Shown one piece after another: positions 9,467 through 17,891 of a DNA stretch of 55,068 nucleotides. The position numbers and the translations under genes were made by a program. This stretch comes from Nitrososphaerota archaeon (GTDB lineage: Archaea; Thermoproteota; Nitrososphaeria; Nitrososphaerales; UBA57): positions 1 to 55,068 of the forward strand of contig JACAFT010000003.1 in assembly GCA_013378375.1 (NCBI GenBank). Reading direction: 5' to 3'. Each line of letters opens with the position of its first letter. The stretch's first letter is position 1. The notes beneath the pieces are model-generated. The model was not told where the DNA came from, searched no databases, and was given only the letters and a program-made list of their open reading frames with translations.

Positions 9467-10396
9467 ATGCATTTAGTGAAAATTAATTATTCATTTTGGT
9501 TGATATTATCTTTACTTTTATTTGTAACATTAGTTCCACACTCTTTTTCTCAAGCACCTGCTGTAATTAGTTCATTTCAAGTTTTAGATCCTAATGGTAA
9601 TGATGTTACAGGTGAATCTCTTGTGGCAGGAGGCAGTTATACTGTAAAATTTACTATCGAAATTGGTGCAACATTGACTGATAAAATATTATTATCTACT
9701 AATATGGAAAAATCTGGTAATGAATTTTGGACTTTAGAAAATAACTATCAGGGAATAGATACTTCAACTTGGACGCCTGGTTCACAATCAATTACATTTC
9801 AAGCTGTTGAAGGTGTGGCAGAATTTACTCTTGAAGGTAAAATATCTGAATCAATTACCGAGCGTGAGTTAACAGAAGTTCAAAAAACTGTTCATGCATT
9901 AGCGGAGGAGCGTATTCTAATTCTCCAGCTTGATTCTATGGACATTCTTGACCAACGTAGTTACGTAATTACCGACCAGATAATTATATCATATGATCAA
10001 ATACTTGCTTCAAAGAAAAATAATATTGATTCAACTTCTATGGAAGAAAAATATAAATTATTAGCTTCTGAAATAATTTCTGAAGCTGAATATCTAACTA
10101 CTTTTGGATTTTATGACGATGCAATAAAACTACTTGATACTATACCTGATTCGGATTATCCTGATCCACCTGTTGCAGCAACTCTGTATCTGGTCGCCGC
10201 TATCGTTTTTGTAATCACGTCTATTCTTTTTGGAATTCTATTTATTCGATCTAGATCTACTCGTTCTTACATTCTTGGTAGTGTTAATGAAAAAGCAGAC
10301 AAACTGGATTTATTATTAATAAAAGCTTCAAGACTCGATCAAAATCTGTCTAATGAAATTGAAACTATTAAAAAGGAGCTTAAGGAATTAGAGTAG
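9467..10396 (+). CDS. Type-I membrane protein: signal peptide, extracellular domain, one TM, cytoplasmic coiled-coil tail
   Basis: 309 aa. N-terminal hydrophobic FWLILSLLLFVTLVPHSFSQA. TM segment AATLYLVAAIVFVITSILFGILFI followed by RSRSTR and a heptad-like tail ending ...EIETIKKELKELE. It ends 8 nt before the next gene. Confidence 0.7.
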   Translation: MHLVKINYSFWLILSLLLFVTLVPHSFSQAPAVISSFQVLDPNGNDVTGESLVAGGSYTVKFTIEIGATLTDKILLSTNMEKSGNEFWTLENNYQGIDTSTWTPGSQSITFQAVEGVAEFTLEGKISESITERELTEVQKTVHALAEERILILQLDSMDILDQRSYVITDQIIISYDQILASKKNNIDSTSMEEKYKLLASEIISEAEYLTTFGFYDDAIKLLDTIPDSDYPDPPVAATLYLVAAIVFVITSILFGILFIRSRSTRSYILGSVNEKADKLDLLLIKASRLDQNLSNEIETIKKELKELE

Positions 10397-10404
10397 TGAT
10401 ATAG

Positions 10405-13092
10405 TTGTCTGATTATACTAGTTCAATACAAATAGTAGGTCTAGGTGGAACTGGAGCAAATGTTATCGAGGCGTTTATCCAAAATCGTGAAGATTTAGTT
10501 CCTTTACTTAAAAATGAAGGAATAAAAGTATCTCTTCTTGCACTCGATGTAGCTGATCATGATATACGAAGTCTTGATATGACATACAAAAACTTGACTG
10601 ATGATTTGAAAACACATAATATCCCATCAGATAAGATTAATCTTGTTAGTAAAACAATGAAGTTTCCTACTCCTGAATCTATGTTTGATTTTATTCAAAA
10701 TTATCCGGAATTTTTAAAACGCGAAGGTGCAACAGTACCTGATGATTTTAAACCTTGGTTATCTTCATCAATGGAAATTCCTCCTCTTGCCGGCGGTGTA
10801 GGAAGAAAACGCGCACTATCTAAAGCTATTTACGGATTAAATTATCATCATCTCAAACTTGTTGATGGTTATATGGACAAGTTTAAGGAACATGTCTTCA
10901 CGTCAACCATTCAACCAATTATCTTTCTTGTTTATGGGCTTGGCGGTGGTTCTGGAAGTGGAACTGCACTAGATTTTGCTAGACATTTACGTAAAAAAAT
11001 AGGAAGCGGTATACCAATTATTGGACTTGGAATTCTTCCTTGTGGTGGTGATGATCCTCCTGCTAAAGGTTCTTCTTGTTATGCATCATTACTTGAACAT
11101 GAATATGCTATTGATCGTACATTAAATCATGAAATTGTGAGTACTTATGGAGAAAGTTATCAAAATCCATTTACTGCTTTCCTTATGATGTCTTTAGGAC
11201 CTGCATACAGTAGAACTGGTAGTGTAATAGATGCTAGAAAACTTGTTGACGAAGCAATTGTTGATATTCTGATGAAATCATTGAATTTTGATCTTGCTGA
11301 TTTATTTAGTAATATTGGATCGAATGTTGATTTAGGCGGAAAGTGGGTTAATGTAATATCAACATTAAAAGTTTCATATCCTGTTGCTGAATTTATTGAT
11401 CTAACAAAAATTTATCTTGACAAACTCGATAAATTAAGAGAATTAAGAAGAGAAAAATTAGATATTTACAGTGGACATGACCAATATTCTGGCTTGGAAA
11501 CAATTATGACTGCCTCTTTTGACGAATTAAAATCTATATACAAACGTCTGAGTATTGAAAAGAATACATATGAAGAATCTCGATTTGAAGAAAATGTTCA
11601 AAGTTTTCTTGAAGAAGGAACTTCGATGGAAGCAGATTTAATCATGCATATAAGAGGAGTTGAAGATTCTACTCGTGTTTTGATTGACGATCTATCAAGA
11701 TCTGTCTTATCAATTGGTCTTGACGCAGCCGATGGAACTGTAGAGGCTCGTATAAGATCTCTTTCTGAAGAATTAATCTCCCTTAGTACCAATCTTTCAC
11801 AGAACTACCAAAAACTTCAGTCCAAGGTTAATCAATTGACAGAAGATTTACGTAGTACTTTACCTAGTGCTCAGTCTCTTACACCAAGACAAAATCAAAT
11901 TATTACTGACACTATTAATCTAGTTGATTTAATTAATCGTTATCTTACAGGTCTGCAATTATATCTTAAAATTTCCAATTTAGCTAATAATCTTCTTAAA
12001 ACTCTTGAAAAGAGTGAAACAACTCAATTACATACAAGAATGAAAGAAGCCGTACAGAGAATACTTAATCCAGAACTTGTAATTAATTTTGCTCTTCTTT
12101 CTTCTTTATTGTCTTCTATTAATACAGAAGTAAAAACATTGGATGCAAGATTAAGTGATTGTCAAGTCATGAAAAGATTAACCAGTGAACGATTAGACGA
12201 ATTAAAATCTGAAGAAGAATTACTTAACATTAAAAAACGCGGTCGCGAACAAGAAAAAAATCGAGTTGGTGGGAAAGCTAGAAGTATTAGATTTGGTTTT
12301 CTTGGACCAAAGAAAAAATCTATGCAAAATAAAGCAGGAGATTTGGGTCATGAAGTAAAAATACTTGAATCACAATTACATTCTATTACTGAAGAGCGAA
12401 AAATTGTAGAAGATAAATTAAGCGCTTTTCAAAATATAGAAAGAAAATTTGAAGTTGCATCTACATATAGAAAACTACTCACTGAAGCAACTTCATTAGA
12501 AAATTCTTACTATGAAAAATTAAATACAACAATGAAAGACAAAGGCTATTATGATCGTGTTGCTGAGCTAACTGAAAATGAACAACTTAAGATCATGCAA
12601 AAAATACTTCTTGAAGATGAAGCTTCTCTTACTCAAGAAAATATGTTAAATGAAATTATTGATAGGAAACATCTTAAAGAATATCTTTCAGGTGCTCTGG
12701 GTATATTTAGAATTCCTGCTACAATGGGATTAAATGCAGATTATAGAACAGATTATTTATGGTTCACTGTGGTTAGTCCACGTGGTCTATGGGATTCCGA
12801 TCTTGATTCCGAGGCTAAAACAATGTTATCTGGATATGTTTCTCAAGATGCTTCAAAAAGTATTTACATTCGGGAAGTTGATTCATCTGATCCTTGGACG
12901 ATGAGATTTCTTATTATTGCTGCCAAAGCATCTACTACTAATCTAGAGACATTCAAAGAAATGGATATTCTTTATAATTCAACAACTCAAGGCGAAAAAT
13001 TACTTTCACATTCTTATTTGTTAGAACAAGGCGTTCATGTCTCTCCTGGTCATCAATTATCTAAAACAGAAAAAGTCGAGGATAGAAACTAA
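10405..13092 (+). CDS. Divergent FtsZ/tubulin-superfamily GTPase with a very long coiled-coil region (895 aa)
   Basis: IQIVGLGGTGANVIEAF (nt 10438-10461) resembles the FtsZ G-box. YGLGGGSGSGTALDFA (nt 10936-10965) resembles the tubulin/FtsZ signature GGGTG[ST]G. NFDLADL (nt 11284-11301) resembles the FtsZ T7 NxDFAD. About aa 340-750 is heptad-rich and charged, followed by a globular C-terminus. TTG start. Confidence 0.8.
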   Translation: MSDYTSSIQIVGLGGTGANVIEAFIQNREDLVPLLKNEGIKVSLLALDVADHDIRSLDMTYKNLTDDLKTHNIPSDKINLVSKTMKFPTPESMFDFIQNYPEFLKREGATVPDDFKPWLSSSMEIPPLAGGVGRKRALSKAIYGLNYHHLKLVDGYMDKFKEHVFTSTIQPIIFLVYGLGGGSGSGTALDFARHLRKKIGSGIPIIGLGILPCGGDDPPAKGSSCYASLLEHEYAIDRTLNHEIVSTYGESYQNPFTAFLMMSLGPAYSRTGSVIDARKLVDEAIVDILMKSLNFDLADLFSNIGSNVDLGGKWVNVISTLKVSYPVAEFIDLTKIYLDKLDKLRELRREKLDIYSGHDQYSGLETIMTASFDELKSIYKRLSIEKNTYEESRFEENVQSFLEEGTSMEADLIMHIRGVEDSTRVLIDDLSRSVLSIGLDAADGTVEARIRSLSEELISLSTNLSQNYQKLQSKVNQLTEDLRSTLPSAQSLTPRQNQIITDTINLVDLINRYLTGLQLYLKISNLANNLLKTLEKSETTQLHTRMKEAVQRILNPELVINFALLSSLLSSINTEVKTLDARLSDCQVMKRLTSERLDELKSEEELLNIKKRGREQEKNRVGGKARSIRFGFLGPKKKSMQNKAGDLGHEVKILESQLHSITEERKIVEDKLSAFQNIERKFEVASTYRKLLTEATSLENSYYEKLNTTMKDKGYYDRVAELTENEQLKIMQKILLEDEASLTQENMLNEIIDRKHLKEYLSGALGIFRIPATMGLNADYRTDYLWFTVVSPRGLWDSDLDSEAKTMLSGYVSQDASKSIYIREVDSSDPWTMRFLIIAAKASTTNLETFKEMDILYNSTTQGEKLLSHSYLLEQGVHVSPGHQLSKTEKVEDRN

Positions 13093-13117
13093 TTTTCTTT
13101 GACTAAAGTGATAGACA

Positions 13118-15490
13118 TTGTCTAAATTAATCAATTCTTCTGTAATTGATAAAGTTGGATTTCGACCGTCAACCGATATAGATGATGCTGTTGAACGTGA
13201 AATAGAATATAGAAAGAATTTAAAAAAAATTTTTCTTGCTAGTACTATATTCTTACTTAGTGTATCTCTTCTTTATCTTGTACCATTATATCCTGTTCCT
13301 ATTGTTTTCCTATTCTCTATTGTTTCTGCCGTTATTGGTTTTCGTTCAGTCTTAACAGGTTTCTTATTTTCTTTGTTCCTATTCATTCCTGCTTATTTAT
13401 ATCAAACATCGGTTCCTTTTTGGTGGCTTTTGATTAATTTATTTATTATTGGAGTTGTATTAGCAAAATCTACACAAGATTCAAGTCATATACTTGCTCT
13501 TGTCTTTGGTATTATTTCAGGTCTACTATTTTTAACTCCATATTATTTTGTTTCTATACCTCTAATGTTGTTATATGGAATTGTTCGAAAAGATTCTGAA
13601 TTCTTTAGAAATACTGGATTATTATTTGGTTTCTTATTTATTTTTATTCCTTTTAATGCTCTTGCATTTTCTAAACATCTTCTGCTAGATGTTAGTACAA
13701 TGACTCAACAAACAATTTATAATAAAATGATTGACAGTTCATTGCCTTTATTTACGCAAATTATTTATGACCAAAAATCTCGATTGGTGTCTTTTGATAT
13801 ACCTGTTATTGTTGATTCTTTTTCTGGTCTTTTAACTATACAAAATAATTTATTTAATCCATTTTTGTATATACTTATCGATAAACTCGTATTATTATTT
13901 ATTCCAATTTTACTTGTTCTTTCATTTTCTATTATGGGAGTTCTTGAGAGAATATGGCCTTGGATGGAATCACGTGAAGTTGAATTAAGTATACTTCCTC
14001 GTTATTCTTCAATTATATCACTTATCTTGGGCACTGCGTTTTTCATTATTCCTCTACAAACTATGCAAATACCATTTGACTACCATACTAGTTTTGATTC
14101 ACTTAATTCTATCAAATCCCTTTCCATTGCAGGGGCCCTTGGTCTTGTTCTTTCATTAAGTTCGATTAATTTATCCAATCGCTATGAAGGTGCTGAACTT
14201 ACTGAATCTGTAAAAGCTAACTGCATTAAATCTCTGGACATTGTAGATGAATCTAACAATCAACTCAATGAAATACTATCTGTATGTCCTGGTATTGATA
14301 TAAATGCAGAATTTGCTCAGATGAATGAATACAAAGAAGAACTTAGTATTACTTTGGATGTTCTTGATACGCTTTCTTATAAAGGACTTAAGGAGAAATC
14401 TAAAAAACTCTTTCATCTGTCTGATGGACAATCTTCTCGTGCAGATTCAATTAGTTTTAAAGTACTGAATTATCATAATGATCAATTAGATCAATGCCAA
14501 AAAATGCTTAAAATATTAGATGGTTTAGGTATTAATAATCTTCCTTCAATTGATTCTGCGCATTTATCTTATAACACTGAAACAAGTTTCACTGATGTTC
14601 TTGATAATCAAAGAGATCTAAATGATTTTCTCATCGAGATTTCTCAGAACACTATCAAAGTTACAGAAAGCTTAGTTGGAGTTGTCCAAAAAGAATTTGA
14701 CACTACTCTTGAACCAACCTCTATATCTATTAGTGATAATTTTATTCACCAAGGAAAAGGACAACAAGCTTTAGAGTCACTTATAGTAACAATTCAGTCT
14801 CTCCATAAAAGATATCATCGCACGATGGAAAAAACAATCGGTAGTCTTAAACGCTTAATCCAGCGTTCAATCAAAATACATGAGTCTCATGTTCTTCCAT
14901 TGAACGAATCTCTTGGACAAAATCCTTATGACGAGCAAACCGGTTCTATTGCGAAAGAGATTAATCTTCACTTTGACGAACTTCGAGGTTTTCAAGGTAT
15001 TCTTTACTTACCTGATGTTATGTATAGGTTGGAATTTCTAGAATCCGGTACTCATACAGTTATTAGTGAATTACTGAGATTATTGCGAGAATTTGAAAAA
15101 CGAAATGATTCACGAGTACCAATGGATTTTCATTGGGGCAAAGATACTCAATTAATTTCTGAAATTGAATCCTCATTACGCCGTTTAGACGACCAATCTA
15201 AAACTGATCTATCTGATCGGTTGTCAAATATTGAATACGGGATTAAAATTATTGAAAATGAAGCAAATACACTGAAGAAATATCTTATTATGAATGAATT
15301 TATTCTAAATTACGTTAATATGGAGCCTCTTATTTCTTCTTTAATTAGTATTGAAGGAAAAGTTCTTCCCAAACAACTTCCTGTGAAATCAAAGTATGCT
15401 ATACAATATCTGCAACTTTTTGCATTTGGTAAATCTAAAATTACTTTCAATGCAAAAACTGATACATTGACAAAAATTACTAAAAACTAA
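13118..15490 (+). CDS. Polytopic membrane protein (N-terminal about 350 aa, multiple TM segments) with a large helical cytoplasmic C-terminal domain
   Basis: 790 aa. The N-terminal half has repeated hydrophobic stretches (IFLASTIFLLSVSLLYLV, VIGFRSVLTGFLFSLFLFIPAYL, LLFIPILLVLSFSIMGV and others). The C-terminal roughly 430 aa are hydrophilic and helical. No recognisable family. TTG start 25 nt after the preceding gene. Confidence 0.65.
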   Translation: MSKLINSSVIDKVGFRPSTDIDDAVEREIEYRKNLKKIFLASTIFLLSVSLLYLVPLYPVPIVFLFSIVSAVIGFRSVLTGFLFSLFLFIPAYLYQTSVPFWWLLINLFIIGVVLAKSTQDSSHILALVFGIISGLLFLTPYYFVSIPLMLLYGIVRKDSEFFRNTGLLFGFLFIFIPFNALAFSKHLLLDVSTMTQQTIYNKMIDSSLPLFTQIIYDQKSRLVSFDIPVIVDSFSGLLTIQNNLFNPFLYILIDKLVLLFIPILLVLSFSIMGVLERIWPWMESREVELSILPRYSSIISLILGTAFFIIPLQTMQIPFDYHTSFDSLNSIKSLSIAGALGLVLSLSSINLSNRYEGAELTESVKANCIKSLDIVDESNNQLNEILSVCPGIDINAEFAQMNEYKEELSITLDVLDTLSYKGLKEKSKKLFHLSDGQSSRADSISFKVLNYHNDQLDQCQKMLKILDGLGINNLPSIDSAHLSYNTETSFTDVLDNQRDLNDFLIEISQNTIKVTESLVGVVQKEFDTTLEPTSISISDNFIHQGKGQQALESLIVTIQSLHKRYHRTMEKTIGSLKRLIQRSIKIHESHVLPLNESLGQNPYDEQTGSIAKEINLHFDELRGFQGILYLPDVMYRLEFLESGTHTVISELLRLLREFEKRNDSRVPMDFHWGKDTQLISEIESSLRRLDDQSKTDLSDRLSNIEYGIKIIENEANTLKKYLIMNEFILNYVNMEPLISSLISIEGKVLPKQLPVKSKYAIQYLQLFAFGKSKITFNAKTDTLTKITKN

Positions 15491-16473
15491 ACTAGCAAAC
15501 TAACTTGCTTTAATGAATCTTTTAATAGTTTTTCTATTTTTTCCTCAGTTTCGGATATTAATTGCTTAATTGTATTTTCTGTTTCTCTAAATGTTTTTGT
15601 TGAATATTTAGAATTGTCAAACAAATTATCGGAGAAATGATTGTTTATTATTGGAATGTATTTTAGTACATTGGCTTGCGCTCTATCTCTTTCTTCTTTC
15701 TTTCCTAGCTTATCAAAATAATCTGCTTGAAATATAGCTACTGTGAATAGATAAAAGAATTGTAAATTTTGCCAAACTGGTTTTACTGTAGGTGTAAATT
15801 CTTTCCATTCCTTGTAAGGAATTTGCCCATATAGAACTTCACCTAATGAATCCATTGTTGATTTGATCGAATTAATTATTGTAATAGAATCTCTACTTTT
15901 TATTGCCGTTTTAATTTTTTTTGTGTCATCCTGTAAATTTATTTTATTATTGTTTAATGTCGAAGATAATTCATCAAATTCATTCATCATTTCATCTACT
16001 CTGTCCCAATTATACTTCATTGTCTCATTGATTAGGTTGAATAATAGCGAAACAAATGTCCATGTCTTAAAAATTGTGTCATAAATATAAGTTGAATAGT
16101 TTATTTGGTTCATTCTTTCATCAATTTCACTTTGCTTTTTGTCTACGTAACGTTTTTTGTTTTCATTTACAAGTGTATTGATATTTTCTATTATTTCGTT
16201 TGTTTCAACAGGTGTATCGATTGTTAATGTTACGACTTGATTATCCTCCTTTTGAGTTATTAATATATCAAAATATCCTTCTTTTTTAATTATACTTATT
16301 GATTCTATTTTTATAAAAAATTCCGGTTCAAATTTTTTAGATAATATTCCTATTTTTCTTTCAAATGAAATTCCATCTTTTGTTATGAATAGCCTGCCCT
16401 TTATTTTCTTTTTTTCAAGATTTAATATTACTGATTTGTATTCTCCTATAACCTTGGAATTGTTTTTTATCAT
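15487..16473 (-). CDS. PH/GRAM-like N-terminal domain protein with a helical C-terminal domain
   Basis: 328 aa. KKIKGRLFITKDGISFERK...FFIKIESISIIKKEGYFDILITQKED resembles bacterial PH/GRAM-like domains; the rest looks predominantly helical. Its stop codon overlaps the stop of 13118-15490. Confidence 0.55.
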   Translation of the reverse strand: MIKNNSKVIGEYKSVILNLEKKKIKGRLFITKDGISFERKIGILSKKFEPEFFIKIESISIIKKEGYFDILITQKEDNQVVTLTIDTPVETNEIIENINTLVNENKKRYVDKKQSEIDERMNQINYSTYIYDTIFKTWTFVSLLFNLINETMKYNWDRVDEMMNEFDELSSTLNNNKINLQDDTKKIKTAIKSRDSITIINSIKSTMDSLGEVLYGQIPYKEWKEFTPTVKPVWQNLQFFYLFTVAIFQADYFDKLGKKEERDRAQANVLKYIPIINNHFSDNLFDNSKYSTKTFRETENTIKQLISETEEKIEKLLKDSLKQVSLLV

Positions 16474-16558
16474 ATTCTATATTATTTAGTAATCAAATAT
16501 AGCAATTACGTATTTTTTAACCAATTATTTTTATTATCCTACTGTCTGATATATTATT

Positions 16559-17884
16559 ATGAGTGGCACAAATAATCGTAAATTTTACACTTATGATTCA
16601 TTTATTTTTTGTCCTGTAGGTCATAAAAATGTAAGTGGATTGGATGAATGCGCTTCTTGTAACATGCCTCTTATAAATTTTAGAAAAGAACTTTCTACTT
16701 TGATATCCAATCTTGAAAGTATTAATGGTGAAAAACATAATAAAATAATTAATTTTGGACTTGGAACTTTTGGATCACAAATATTATCATCATTAAAAAA
16801 TGATTTTGGTTCTGAACAGCTTTTTAATTATCTTATGATTGATTACGAAGGCTCCAATGTTGATTCACTTATTCCTGACAACGATGATAGTTTGGAACAT
16901 AATTCCTATTCTGTTGCTAATGATTATGATTCAAAAACTAATATATGGAGTAATTTTGAAAATAATTTTTCTCAATTCGATCAACTTGAAGATAAGATTC
17001 GTCGAATTGGACTTAATAATAATATTGACGAACAAACTGCAATACTCACCGGTTCTATGGGTGAAACTCTGGTTTCAGGTATGACTCCTCCATTACTAAA
17101 AAAAATTAAACAAATAAACCCTAAAACTTCTCGATTAGTTTTAACTTCTTTACCTGCTACTAGTGATACTGATCAAGTACATTTTAATGCTTTTTGCGGT
17201 GTGTCTAGATTTATTCGTAATCAAAAAACTTCTGGAGATATGTTGGTAGTTTTACAAGGTGATGCGTTGGAAAAAATGATTGGTATAGATAGATCTGGAA
17301 AAAAATTAGGTTCTGATTTTTTGATTCCGCGTATGGTAAATCTGTTAACTAATAATAGTCCTGCAATTAATAGTCTAAGTAAAATTGCAAAGTCTCTTAA
17401 AGTTCTTGCATTTGCACCAGTATATGTCTATGGAAGAAGTTATGAAATCTACGATAATCTAAAAAATATTCTCGACGATGCTGCATATTTTCCATTATCA
17501 CCTTTCCAATATGAATCTGTTATTCTTAATGTTATAATAGTTCGAGCACCTGAAAATGTACTTAATGTTGTTTCCAAAAAACGTATTGAAGCTGATTGTA
17601 ATTTGTGGAACCGCAAGAGGTTTCCTTCATTAAAAGAATCTCTTGTTTATGTCTTACCTGTTAAAGATACTTCAGATCGATTGGATGTTTTATTGCTTCT
17701 TGGCGGTGCAAAATTACAGAATATTATCCAGTCTGTACAACCGGGTTATGAACGTTTTAAAGAATATATTCGAGAACGTGATTTATGGGATGAATTTCAA
17801 ATTAATGAGGACGATCTTAAAAAATTCGAAAATACAATTACCAGTTATGATAAAAATCTTGCTAAATTGTTAAAACCAAATTGA
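16559..17884 (+). CDS. Zinc-ribbon plus degenerate FtsZ/tubulin-like domain protein (441 aa)
   Basis: N-terminal CPVGH...CASC. IINFGLGTFGSQILSSL (nt 16754-16780) is G-box-like. YLMIDYEGSN resembles FtsZ INTDAQAL. AILTGSMGETLVSGMTPPLL (nt 17048-17080) sits at the signature-loop position but is degraded. LVLTSLP and DMLVVLQGDAL follow in FtsZ-like order. Confidence 0.5.
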   Translation: MSGTNNRKFYTYDSFIFCPVGHKNVSGLDECASCNMPLINFRKELSTLISNLESINGEKHNKIINFGLGTFGSQILSSLKNDFGSEQLFNYLMIDYEGSNVDSLIPDNDDSLEHNSYSVANDYDSKTNIWSNFENNFSQFDQLEDKIRRIGLNNNIDEQTAILTGSMGETLVSGMTPPLLKKIKQINPKTSRLVLTSLPATSDTDQVHFNAFCGVSRFIRNQKTSGDMLVVLQGDALEKMIGIDRSGKKLGSDFLIPRMVNLLTNNSPAINSLSKIAKSLKVLAFAPVYVYGRSYEIYDNLKNILDDAAYFPLSPFQYESVILNVIIVRAPENVLNVVSKKRIEADCNLWNRKRFPSLKESLVYVLPVKDTSDRLDVLLLLGGAKLQNIIQSVQPGYERFKEYIRERDLWDEFQINEDDLKKFENTITSYDKNLAKLLKPN

Positions 17885-17891
17885 TTTTTTG

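Noticed and set aside
10405-13092. Calling this gene ftsZ (cell-division protein)
   Set aside because: It has the motifs of the superfamily. However, it is about twice the length of FtsZ, has a huge coiled coil, lacks the usual division-gene context, and sits in a lineage expected to divide with Cdv/ESCRT. I therefore give only a superfamily-level call and no gene symbol.
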